Shown piece by piece: positions 12,446 to 21,333 of a stretch of DNA of 38,510 bases. The notes beneath the pieces are model-generated. The model was given only the letters and a program-made list of their open reading frames with translations, was not told where the DNA came from and did no database searches. How positions within the stretch are numbered: position 1 is the first letter of the stretch; each line of letters opens with the position of its first letter. A program made the position numbers and the translations under genes. Source of the DNA: an uncultured Thermococci archaeon (GTDB lineage Archaea; Methanobacteriota_B; Thermococci; Thermococcales; Thermococcaceae); the NCBI GenBank assembly GCA_964487115.1, contig CAZAPD010000001.1, positions 1 to 38,510 on the forward strand, given 5' to 3'.

Positions 12446-12739
12446 ATGATGAGAATTGGCTGGAAGGTTGTAATTGTTTTTCTAATGATATCTGCCCTTG
12501 ATCTTATCACGACTTCCTATGGTCTCTCCATTGGACTCATCGAAGGGAACCCTCTAATCAGTTCAGGCGGTAAACTCTCACTCTGGAGGTACTTGATTTT
12601 CACCATGATTGGAGCACTGATACTTTTGCCGTACTCCTACTATAATAGATACATAAAAACAATCCTCGCAGGGATGATAGTTCTCAAAGTTTTTTCCCCA
12701 CTTAACAATTTGTTCCTAATACTCCTACACGCTCCCTGA
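12446..12739 (+). CDS. Small membrane protein (DUF5658-like)
   Basis: LDLITTSYGLSIGLIEGNPL motif, three hydrophobic segments, RBS GGAG. Confidence 0.65.
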   Translation: MMRIGWKVVIVFLMISALDLITTSYGLSIGLIEGNPLISSGGKLSLWRYLIFTMIGALILLPYSYYNRYIKTILAGMIVLKVFSPLNNLFLILLHAP

Positions 12740-12740
12740 A

Positions 12741-12818
12741 TTCGGGCTCATCCAATTCCTCGCTTCATCATTGATGAAATACAAAAATCAGAAAGGAGAA
12801 CGCCAATCATTGCCCGAA
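12741..12818 (-). ncRNA. Putative box C/D sRNA
   Basis: Minus strand: TTCGGGC stem, ATGATTG (C-like), 12-nt guide, CTGA (D'), ATGATGA (C'), 13-nt guide, ATGA (D-like), GCCCGAA stem. Confidence 0.55.
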
Positions 12819-13271
12819 CTAAAGCTCTTCCTTCACAGTGACAAACGATACCATAGTAACGGTTTGCTCAATACCTTTCACATCTCTCAACCTATCGACA
12901 ACAATTTTTCCTATCTCTTCGGCTCCAGGGGCTCTGACTTTAATCAGCAAATCCCATTCACCTGCAATTATATGCACTTCATAGACTCCCTCAAGCTGGG
13001 CAATCCTTTTAGCAACTTCTTTCTGACTTAGTCCTGAATCCGGGTCATATCTGGCCAATATAAATGCAGTAGTTCCCAGATTTAACTTTTTATAATTGGG
13101 TTTTATTGTGAATTTTTCTATGACCCCTTCATCAACAAGTTTTTTTATCCTATAATGAACAGTAGTTCTGGGTATCCCCAGTTTCTTACTAAGTGTGGCT
13201 ATGTTCTCTCTGGCATTTTCTCTGAGTTCTTTCAACAACTTTAAATCAGTTGTGTCCAGTGCTGTAACCAT
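12819..13271 (-). CDS. Lrp/AsnC family transcriptional regulator
   Basis: LDTTDLKLLKELRENAR...LGIPRTTVHYRIKKL HTH; IAGEWDLLIKV effector domain. Confidence 0.92.
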   Translation of the reverse strand: MVTALDTTDLKLLKELRENARENIATLSKKLGIPRTTVHYRIKKLVDEGVIEKFTIKPNYKKLNLGTTAFILARYDPDSGLSQKEVAKRIAQLEGVYEVHIIAGEWDLLIKVRAPGAEEIGKIVVDRLRDVKGIEQTVTMVSFVTVKEEL

Positions 13272-13326
13272 TTTCATCCCCATTGTCATTTATCCAACTG
13301 CTCTCATAATTTTTGACAGTATAATA

Positions 13327-13881
13327 CTATATAAGGTTTTCTTTTAGCCATTCTGAGAAAGCCTTAAAAGCTTTACCCCTGTGGGATATCCTATTCTTTT
13401 CTTCAGTTGTCATTTCGGCAAAGGTTTTACCGAAGCCTTCTGGCTGGAAAATCGGATCAAAACCAAAACCACCACTACCACGTTTTCTGTGGATTATTCT
13501 GCCAGATGTTTTCCCTGTAAATTTATGTATTTCCCCATCATAGTATGCTATGACACTTTTAAAATATGCTTTCCTATTTTCTATCCCTTCAAGCAATTTT
13601 AAAATTCCCTCATTCCCCAAAGTTCTATAAACATAGGCAGAATAAACTCCAGGAAAACCGTTCAAGGCTTCTATGAAGAGACCAGAATCGTCAAGGAAGA
13701 ATGGACACCTAATCTTATCCTTAAGCCAATTAATCCCAAACTCAGCGACTTCTTCCAGAGTATTTGCCTGAATCTCCGGATATTCAACTTCCTTTTGAAT
13801 TATCCTGACACCCAAGGAGGAAAAATATTTCTTTGCCTCTTCAACTTTACCTTTATTTGATGTGACAAAAATCATTTTCAT
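13327..13881 (-). CDS. rdgB: XTP/dITP diphosphatase (Ham1 family)
   Basis: [40 protein letters not shown]; start ATG 13881 with RBS GGTGA. Confidence 0.95.
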   Translation of the reverse strand: MKMIFVTSNKGKVEEAKKYFSSLGVRIIQKEVEYPEIQANTLEEVAEFGINWLKDKIRCPFFLDDSGLFIEALNGFPGVYSAYVYRTLGNEGILKLLEGIENRKAYFKSVIAYYDGEIHKFTGKTSGRIIHRKRGSGGFGFDPIFQPEGFGKTFAEMTTEEKNRISHRGKAFKAFSEWLKENLI

Positions 13882-13924
13882 GAAATCACCCAAAAAAGAA
13901 CAGAAACCGAAAATAAAAAGCTTT

Positions 13925-14410
13925 TCAATCAACAGCATATCCAATCTTCTTAACAAGTTCTCTCCTTTCTTTCTTTTGTTCTTCCGTTTCAATTTTAGTT
14001 GCAGCTTTGCCATCAACTATCCCAAGGACAGCTCTCCCGAGTTCTGTTTCCGCAACTATAAGCTGGAGAGGATTTTCACTGGCCCCATAGATCATTGCAA
14101 CAGCTGGATGTGATTTTATAGTGCTGAGAACATTTATTGGAAAAGCATTTCTCATGAGTATTACAAACACATGCCCCGCTCCTATTTTTAGGGCGTTCTT
14201 TGCAGCTAACTCTTCAAGTTCCTTGTCATTCCCTGTAAATCTTGTGAGCTGGGGCTTTGCTTCATTCATGGCGATCCCGAATTTTATCCCTGGGACCGTC
14301 GTAAGGAGAACCTTTGCAAGATCATCAACTGTGAATATCGAGAAATTTCCCTGCCCAATTATTGCTTCGACTCCTGCAGGTTTCTCTATTTCCACGACCT
14401 CTATCTTCAT
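13925..14410 (-). CDS. Adenosine-specific kinase family protein (DUF355)
   Basis: [37 protein letters not shown]. Confidence 0.82.
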   Translation of the reverse strand: MKIEVVEIEKPAGVEAIIGQGNFSIFTVDDLAKVLLTTVPGIKFGIAMNEAKPQLTRFTGNDKELEELAAKNALKIGAGHVFVILMRNAFPINVLSTIKSHPAVAMIYGASENPLQLIVAETELGRAVLGIVDGKAATKIETEEQKKERRELVKKIGYAVD

Positions 14411-14482
14411 GACCATCACCGCAAATATTTAATAGCCTCTTCCATATAACTTTTCCTGTGAGGTTAAATGGGTAATGTAAAT

Positions 14483-15382
14483 ATGGAAGAGCTTGAATTT
14501 CTCGTGGAATTGCTAAATAAATACCCCAGAGAAAGCCTCAGAAAAATAGCTGAAAAGGAAGGGGTTGATTACTACAGGCTTAAACGGATTTATGATAAAT
14601 ATTATGAGAAATACACCCAGGTAAGTGCTATATACAACATTTCAAGGATAGGTTTAAAGAGTTTTGTTGCTTTTCTTTCAGTACCTCGAAGTGATCTCCG
14701 AACAGTTGCATGGCAAATGTTCCAGAATCCATTCATTGTATATCTGAATGCTATGTTTGGCTTCAAAAATGGTATCTCAGCTATCCTCCATATTCCAAAA
14801 GACCAGACAAAACTGATAGGAGAACTCCTTGCAAAATATTCGGATGATTACGAATACTATCTAGTGCGTTCATATCCCCCGTCAAAAGAAGACGACGCAA
14901 AAAACTGGAATCTGAGCTACGATTATGCCGTTCTGATGGATATTCTAAAATGGGATGCAAGAACCCCGATGAAAAAAATTTCAAAGATCTTGGGAAAAAC
15001 AAGACCAACAATAAGATACATGATAAACCGTCTTAAAGAAGAAAAAATCCTCGTTAGATTTGAGGCTAATATAGATACTCCCGCTTATGACCGTGGAGTT
15101 CTTGGGATAGCAAACGAAATTAGAGACGAAATGTTAGAAAAATTTAGAGAACGAGAAATCATGATAGGGAGCCTAAAACCAAAGGGATATATAATAGAAT
15201 GGTTCTTCTCTTCAAAAGAGGACTTAGGAACTAAACTTTTCGAATTTAGTAATTATGTGGAAAAAGTGGGAATTGAGTATTTTGATATCTTAGAAGATTT
15301 AGAAAAAAAGAGGAAGTACTACAGATTTTCTAAAATGGTAAAGAAAGACGGAAGTGGATACCGTTCAATCTTGGAGTTTTAG
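14483..15382 (+). CDS. Lrp/AsnC-like regulator with two HTH-like segments
   Basis: ESLRKIAEKEGVDYYRL and DARTPMKKISKILGKTRPTIRYMINRL. Confidence 0.75.
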   Translation: MEELEFLVELLNKYPRESLRKIAEKEGVDYYRLKRIYDKYYEKYTQVSAIYNISRIGLKSFVAFLSVPRSDLRTVAWQMFQNPFIVYLNAMFGFKNGISAILHIPKDQTKLIGELLAKYSDDYEYYLVRSYPPSKEDDAKNWNLSYDYAVLMDILKWDARTPMKKISKILGKTRPTIRYMINRLKEEKILVRFEANIDTPAYDRGVLGIANEIRDEMLEKFREREIMIGSLKPKGYIIEWFFSSKEDLGTKLFEFSNYVEKVGIEYFDILEDLEKKRKYYRFSKMVKKDGSGYRSILEF

Positions 15383-15400
15383 ATTTTTGATACCAACCGG

Positions 15401-16330
15401 TTAGTCCATTATACAAAACTCCATACCAAGAGGATCACCACTGGCTTGATACTCCAATGCCCTACAGTCATGGCAGATATACTTAAATGGACACGAACTG
15501 CATGTTGCGATTTTATCTTTTGTTAGCTTCCAGAAGTTTTTAAGTCTCTTTTTTCTTAGGATGTTTTTTAAGTTCAATTTTTTGGCATCAGCAACCACAA
15601 AATTCCTGAGCAATGGGCACGGAAGTGCATAGCCATCAGCTGTTATAGCCAATGTTCCTGCAAGACAGTCATGATATTTAGAATTACTTGGACTTAATGT
15701 GCGCTTAAGCTCAATAATGTTAAAATCTATTTTCCTGAGAGAACCCGGATAAAGTATATCAACATAGACCTCACCCGGGAAGTTGACATCAGTTTTTTCA
15801 AGTTCCATATACTGCTGATACGTGCTAATTACCAACGCTCCATAAGCCCAACTGTAGTCCTCAAGCTTTCTGAGATTGGCTTTTGAATATTCAAGTTCGG
15901 CTATTATCCTAACATCTTCCACGGGTGTAACTTTATCCATGTCATTGATTCTAACAACGGCATAAACCTCCGGAATGCCAATAGAAGCGGCATAATTTGC
16001 CATCCTTATCAGATATCCAACGCTGTCATAATTCGTGAGATAAAGCTCTTTTCCTCTTTTAGAGCCAAACTCTCTTATCAGTTCCTGCACTCTCTCCACA
16101 CTTAGAGGTTCTCTTCTCAAGATGAATCTGTTGTTTCCTATGCATCCGATTGATCTTGGTATTCCTTCAATCTCGGAAAATTTGCCCTTTCCGGAACCTA
16201 ATTGAATTATCAATCTTTCGAGCTTACCAGAATGTTTTATATAACTCCATGGAGGCTTTCCTACGGCTGCTATGTTAAGATGTTTTCCCATTTCTATCTC
16301 GGTCATATTATCATATACAACCCTCTCCAT
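15401..16330 (-). CDS. SPASM-domain protein with a degenerate radical-SAM-like N-terminus
   Basis: C-terminal CLAGTLAITADGYALPC...CSSCPFKYICHDCR...C; no CxxxCxxC motif. Confidence 0.8.
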   Translation of the reverse strand: MERVVYDNMTEIEMGKHLNIAAVGKPPWSYIKHSGKLERLIIQLGSGKGKFSEIEGIPRSIGCIGNNRFILRREPLSVERVQELIREFGSKRGKELYLTNYDSVGYLIRMANYAASIGIPEVYAVVRINDMDKVTPVEDVRIIAELEYSKANLRKLEDYSWAYGALVISTYQQYMELEKTDVNFPGEVYVDILYPGSLRKIDFNIIELKRTLSPSNSKYHDCLAGTLAITADGYALPCPLLRNFVVADAKKLNLKNILRKKRLKNFWKLTKDKIATCSSCPFKYICHDCRALEYQASGDPLGMEFCIMD

Positions 16331-16438
16331 TTAACTCACCAAGAAAAAATGGGCAAATTTGTATATATACTTTTTCTATACGGATTTTGCTTACCACTGT
16401 ATTTAGTTTGCAAAAAGTGTAGAGAACGTAAATGTACA

Positions 16439-16867
16439 TTAATTTATCTTCACATGCTTTTCTCCTTCAATCCAAAACGTTCCCTCATCAGTTATTTCTT
16501 TCTTCCAAACTGGAACTCTTCTCTTAACCTCATCAATTGTCCATCTACAAGCATCAAAGGCTTCTCTACGGTGTTTCCCAGAAGCTACAATTAGTATTGT
16601 ATCCTCCCCAATTTCAAGCTCTCCATATCTGTGCCATATAAGGATATCCTCAATAGGAAATTTTTCCATAGCTTCCTCTCTGATGCGCTCCATCTCCGCC
16701 ACTGCCATCTCTTCATATGCTTCATAAATCAGCTTTTCTACTTTCTTTCCATAATTTTCATCCCTAACTTTCCCTAAAAAAATGACTATCCCTCCAACTT
16801 TTGGGGAAGAGACTAATTTAATGGCCTCCACAATGTTGAAATTATCTTTTAGTAATCTGCACTTCAT
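16439..16867 (-). CDS. moaE: Molybdopterin synthase catalytic subunit
   Basis: GGIVIFLGKVR, LIYEAYEEMA, HRYGEL, HRREAF, PVWKKE. Confidence 0.94.
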   Translation of the reverse strand: MKCRLLKDNFNIVEAIKLVSSPKVGGIVIFLGKVRDENYGKKVEKLIYEAYEEMAVAEMERIREEAMEKFPIEDILIWHRYGELEIGEDTILIVASGKHRREAFDACRWTIDEVKRRVPVWKKEITDEGTFWIEGEKHVKIN

Positions 16868-16876
16868 CTATCTCAC

Positions 16877-17572
16877 CTACCTGAGTTCAATAACTTCAAA
16901 TGCATTGCTGGCCAAGTCCACGATAAGGAGCTTATTTGCCAGCGGCTCACCTACCCCTGTTATCAGTTTTATGACTTCAACCACTTGCAGAGTTCCAAGG
17001 ACACCTGCAGTAGCTCCGAGTATTGGGAATTTCTCTTTTTTCCTCTGGACATTGGGAAATATCTCCCTTAGACTCTTGGTTTTCCCCGGTATTATTGTTG
17101 TTATTTGGCCGTAAAGCCCTTCCACCGCAGCATGGATGAGAGGGATTCCTCTTTTATGAGCATATTCATCAAGTAAATACCGCGTCTCAAAGTTATCAAG
17201 GCAGTCAACAATAACATCTACACCACCAAGAATTCTATCAATATTTTCCCGTGTAAGACGACCTACAAATGTTTCAATTATTATATCAGAATTAAAATGT
17301 TCAAGTTTCCACTTGGCTGAAAGGGGTTTAGGATTTTGCCCCAAATCATCTTCCCAATGAAGTATCTGCCTATTGAGATTGCTTAGCTCCGGGGTTTGTT
17401 CATCTATTAAAAGGAGATTAACACCGGCGGCGGCAAGATAATATGCCACCGGACTTCCAAGACCACCAACCCCAACAACTGCAACCTTGGAGTTCTTCAG
17501 TTTCTCTTGCCCCTCCTTTCCAAATATCATAATTTGTCTGTCATAACGCTCAATTTCTTTATTACTGAGCAT
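16877..17572 (-). CDS. ThiF/MoeB/UbaA E1-like adenylyltransferase
   Basis: RYDRQI, GVGGLG, SNLNRQ, DCLDNFETR. Confidence 0.93.
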   Translation of the reverse strand: MLSNKEIERYDRQIMIFGKEGQEKLKNSKVAVVGVGGLGSPVAYYLAAAGVNLLLIDEQTPELSNLNRQILHWEDDLGQNPKPLSAKWKLEHFNSDIIIETFVGRLTRENIDRILGGVDVIVDCLDNFETRYLLDEYAHKRGIPLIHAAVEGLYGQITTIIPGKTKSLREIFPNVQRKKEKFPILGATAGVLGTLQVVEVIKLITGVGEPLANKLLIVDLASNAFEVIELR

Positions 17573-17573
17573 T

Positions 17574-17837
17574 TTAACCACCGCTCACGGGTGGAAATAG
17601 TGCCACAACATCGCCATTACTAAGGTGATCATCAAAAGATACATACCTTCCATTTTTTGAAACATTAACATCCGCATCCTCATTCTGAGCAAAAACTTCA
17701 TTTTTAAGTTCGGGATGTCTCTCTTTCAGTATTTCAAGTAAATCCACAACCCGTATCCCTTCTGGAACTTCAAGTTCTTCCTCACTAACCCCCACTATAG
17801 ATCTGAATCTGGCAAAATAACGTACCTTAATTTTCAT
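17574..17837 (-). CDS. MoaD/SAMP ubiquitin-like sulfur carrier
   Basis: KVRYFARFR ... FPPVSGG C-terminus. Confidence 0.93.
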   Translation of the reverse strand: MKIKVRYFARFRSIVGVSEEELEVPEGIRVVDLLEILKERHPELKNEVFAQNEDADVNVSKNGRYVSFDDHLSNGDVVALFPPVSGG

Positions 17838-17891
17838 TGCATCCACCAATTAAACTTGATTGGAGAGGTTAAAAGAGTTTACGGGATAATG

Positions 17892-18398
17892 TTACCATGG
17901 TACGCTTTTCCATCCCATCTTATAAGCAAAGTAATTGGCTCCCCAGTGGATAAATGGTGAAATCACAAGAAGGAATATAATCTGGCCAGAGTCAAGAGTT
18001 TTGATTGGATAAGCAAAGGCCAGAGCAGAGATAAGAAAGCCGAGCTGGTCTAAACCAATAGCAGGATGTCCCCTTGGAAGATTTGCTCTTCTTTTGAAAA
18101 AGCTCCCAACCAAATCTCCAAAAAGAGCACCAAAAGAGAGTGCGAAGGCGAGGAGAATGGCAGTATTGGCAGAACCGTAGAAGTGGGGGGTTACAAAGTA
18201 TTGAATTGCTCCAACAGCAGTTCCAATCGCAACCCCACCAATAAATCCTCTCCATGTTTTCCCATCACCCAAAATTCTCCTCCCATCTTTCCACGTTTTT
18301 CCACCATCTATTGGTTTCCCTCCCCCCACCAAAACAGGGGAGGCATTGGCAAAGTAAGCCGGGAGGATGTACCAGAACGCCCAGAGGAGTGATTTCAT
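17892..18398 (-). CDS. carS: CDP-archaeol synthase
   Basis: PAYFANASPV, PIDGG, GDGKTWRG, GDLVGSFFKRR, LDQLGF. Confidence 0.93.
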   Translation of the reverse strand: MKSLLWAFWYILPAYFANASPVLVGGGKPIDGGKTWKDGRRILGDGKTWRGFIGGVAIGTAVGAIQYFVTPHFYGSANTAILLAFALSFGALFGDLVGSFFKRRANLPRGHPAIGLDQLGFLISALAFAYPIKTLDSGQIIFLLVISPFIHWGANYFAYKMGWKSVPW

Positions 18399-18430
18399 CA
18401 GATCACCGCTCTTTCTATACTCTCCAGCTT

Positions 18431-18967
18431 TTAAATATTTGCTCGGCTTTTGATTTTCTCTTCAATGCATCCCAACAAGATCTCCAAAATCTCTTCCTCT
18501 TCTACATGCTTTAGAAATATATTAACTATCCTTTCAGTTATTGCATTCCGCTTAAGAGCAAACTCTATCCTCTCCCTTATCTTCTCAGCCTCTTCGCTTT
18601 TATCTCCTTCAACAGCTCTAAGAGCTTTCAAAAGGCTCTCCCGGGTTTGCTTAACATCCTCCGCGATCTTTTTATAATATGCTTCTTTACGCCACTCCCG
18701 GATATTCTTTATGGCAGTGAAATATGCCTTTTTGTCACCCGGCTTTTTCACCCTCTTTACCAGACCAATGCTTTCAAGAAGTTTCAAAGCTGTGCTCACA
18801 TGGGAATGTGAATATCCGGTTCGCCCTGCTATTTCTCCCAAACTTAACGGTTCATCTTCGAAAAAAAGCACTCCGTATATGTATCCATAAAGTTCATTCA
18901 GTCCAAATTTACGAGCGGTATTCGCAAAATGTTCCATCATAATTCGTTTGGCATCTTCAACTCCCAT
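18431..18967 (-). CDS. GbsR/MarR-type transcriptional regulator
   Basis: GYIYGVLFFEDEPLSLGEIAGRTGYSHSHVSTALKLLE wHTH, PGDKKAYF. Confidence 0.88.
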   Translation of the reverse strand: MGVEDAKRIMMEHFANTARKFGLNELYGYIYGVLFFEDEPLSLGEIAGRTGYSHSHVSTALKLLESIGLVKRVKKPGDKKAYFTAIKNIREWRKEAYYKKIAEDVKQTRESLLKALRAVEGDKSEEAEKIRERIEFALKRNAITERIVNIFLKHVEEEEILEILLGCIEEKIKSRANI

Positions 18968-19048
18968 CTTACACACCTCTCCCCTCTTACACATAACTGA
19001 CCTTTAATAAGTTATAGCCAAAAGTTTTTTAAAGTTTTATATATAAAA

Positions 19049-19072
19049 AACTTTCGGAAATTTCCGAAAGTT
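19049..19072. promoter_or_regulatory. Perfect 24-bp palindromic operator between the GbsR-like gene and the MMPL operon
   Basis: AACTTTCGGAAA-TTTCCGAAAGTT immediately downstream of a TATA (TTTATATATA, about 19036-19045) and just before the RBS GGTGAGG. Confidence 0.8.
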
Positions 19073-19083
19073 GGGTGAGGAAA

Positions 19084-21333
19084 ATGGATATACTCAGAAG
19101 CATCGCAAGGATTATCGTTAAATACAGGATTGCATTCGGATTGATGACGGTCTTCCTTTTAGTGGTCTCAATATATGGCATACAAAACCTTCAATTCGAA
19201 AGTGATCTCTATAAGGAACTCCCCCAAGACTTACAATCAATTAAAGATTATGAAATCCTCCAAAATGAGTTTCAAGGAGGAGACAACGTCATCATAGTTG
19301 TGAAGATATCGAATATTGAGGAAGGAGGGGTTTATGATATCAGAGATCCAAGAGTCATCAAGTCAATATATGACCTTGAACAGAGACTCAAAGAACATCC
19401 TTACGTAAGTGAGACCATGAGTATAGCTGATATATTCATTAAGACCCTCGGTAGACTGCCTAAGAATGAAAGAGAAGTTAAATTTGTTCTAAATGCATTG
19501 CCTGAAGACGTTAGAAACCAGCTGATAAGTTCGGATTATACAATGACAATCATTGCTGTGACAATAAGCAGGGATAAAAATCCCACGGTTCTTGCCAGAG
19601 TTTATGAGGATATTGAAAGGGATATTAAAGAAACAAACTTTCCAAGAAATGTTGAGGTTACTCAGACAGGTTCAATTGGAATAACGTACAAGATTATGGC
19701 ACTTTTGCAGAGTGATTTAAACAAAACAATGGGAATAGCGTTTATCATGGTGATTCTTCTTCTTATATATTTCTATCGTTCTCCAATAAAAGCCCTCATA
19801 CCTTTAACACCACTAACCTTCGGAGTTGCAATGACATTAGGATTCATGGGGCTTGCAAATATTCCCCTCGGGATAGCAACGACAACAGTAGGTGCCATGA
19901 TAGTTGGAATGGGAATAGACTATGGAGTGCACCTTACAAACAGATATTATGAAGAGCGGAAAAAAGGAAGAAGCATTGAAGAATCGGCAGAAGAAGCCAT
20001 TGCCGAGACAGGAAAAGCTCTACTTGGAGCTGCGCTCACAACAATAGCAGGATTTGCAGCTTTAAGTTTTTCCATATTGCCAGCACTCCAGAGATTGGGA
20101 TTTGTTTTAATCGTCGGGCTAACTCTGGCGGCACTCAATGCTGTCGTTGTAACTCCAGCCATCATAATGATCGAAGAAGATCTCACAAAGTTACTGAAAG
20201 GACATCATGAAATACCCGAAATTAGAGCATATTCTGGAATCCTAGCTAAATGCTTCAGTTTATTGGGTAAATCCATAAAGAATCACCCAAAACGATATCT
20301 GATAATCGTTGCTATTCTAACCCTGATATTTACGTATGGGGCAACTCAGATAACCACAGAAGTCAGAATGGATAAAATGTTACCTCAAGGGATTCCCGAA
20401 ATTCAAGCTATAAATGATGTTATCAACGAATTCGGAGGTATGGATGAAGTTGACGTGATAGTTCAAGCTAACGATGTGAGAGATCCTGATATCGTGAGGG
20501 ATATATACCGTTTTGAGGAGTCTATTCTTGCAGATTCATATTATAACAATGCCTTTGAGAGTCAGAGTATTGCCGATGTTGTTATTAAAAAATACGGATA
20601 TATACCTGAAGACAAAGAAAAAATTGCTGAGGCTTTAGAAGATTCCAATTTAATAACCGATGACTATTCAATGACACTTCTGAAGTTTAAAGGAAACTTC
20701 ATGGGGACGACCCAAAGTGATTTTAACAGGATAATGCGTTATTTTAAGGAGGAAAGTGCCAATGCTGATTTTCCTCCCGGAGTTAGTGTTAGGATAACGG
20801 GAGAGAGCTATATCAATTATGTCCTTAATGAACTTACAAATAGGGATATACCAAGAATATCCACCTACGGGACACTTTTTGTCATTATCATTGTCCTCCT
20901 CCTCTTTAGAGACCCAAAAACTTCCATGGCAATGATATTGCCGATGTTTCTGGGAGCGCTGTGGACTATTGGATTCATGGGCTTAGCGAAAATACCCTTT
21001 GATCAGACATTGGCCGGTGTTATATCAATGATAGTTGGTCTTGGAGTTGATTACGGCATGCATCTAACCCACAGATTCAAAGAAGAACTGGAAAATGCAA
21101 ATCCACATCCAATAGTAACCGCTGTTGAAAACGTTGGCCCGGGAATCTTAGTGGGTGCTCTTACAACCGCTGGAGGATTTTTGGCACTTTTATTCGGTGA
21201 CCTTACCCCAATTCACAATTTTGGCAAAGCTCTGGCATTTGGAATATTCGCCTCTATGACAGCGGCATATCTCGTCACTCCCTCACTATTACAATTATTC
21301 TATAAAAAGGAAATTGGAGGTGGTAGAAAATGA
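19084..21333 (+). CDS. RND/MMPL-family (HAE3-type) transporter
   Basis: Internally duplicated architecture; GMGIDYGVHL and GLGVDYGMHL; ALTTIAGF and ALTTAGGF. Confidence 0.92.
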   Translation: MDILRSIARIIVKYRIAFGLMTVFLLVVSIYGIQNLQFESDLYKELPQDLQSIKDYEILQNEFQGGDNVIIVVKISNIEEGGVYDIRDPRVIKSIYDLEQRLKEHPYVSETMSIADIFIKTLGRLPKNEREVKFVLNALPEDVRNQLISSDYTMTIIAVTISRDKNPTVLARVYEDIERDIKETNFPRNVEVTQTGSIGITYKIMALLQSDLNKTMGIAFIMVILLLIYFYRSPIKALIPLTPLTFGVAMTLGFMGLANIPLGIATTTVGAMIVGMGIDYGVHLTNRYYEERKKGRSIEESAEEAIAETGKALLGAALTTIAGFAALSFSILPALQRLGFVLIVGLTLAALNAVVVTPAIIMIEEDLTKLLKGHHEIPEIRAYSGILAKCFSLLGKSIKNHPKRYLIIVAILTLIFTYGATQITTEVRMDKMLPQGIPEIQAINDVINEFGGMDEVDVIVQANDVRDPDIVRDIYRFEESILADSYYNNAFESQSIADVVIKKYGYIPEDKEKIAEALEDSNLITDDYSMTLLKFKGNFMGTTQSDFNRIMRYFKEESANADFPPGVSVRITGESYINYVLNELTNRDIPRISTYGTLFVIIIVLLLFRDPKTSMAMILPMFLGALWTIGFMGLAKIPFDQTLAGVISMIVGLGVDYGMHLTHRFKEELENANPHPIVTAVENVGPGILVGALTTAGGFLALLFGDLTPIHNFGKALAFGIFASMTAAYLVTPSLLQLFYKKEIGGGRK

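Noticed and set aside
12304..12501. 65-aa ORF
   Set aside because: Lies over the tRNA-Trp intron and 3' exon
12237..12739. Integrative element inserted at tRNA-Trp
   Set aside because: No integrase and no duplicated tRNA 3' end (att site) seen in the window
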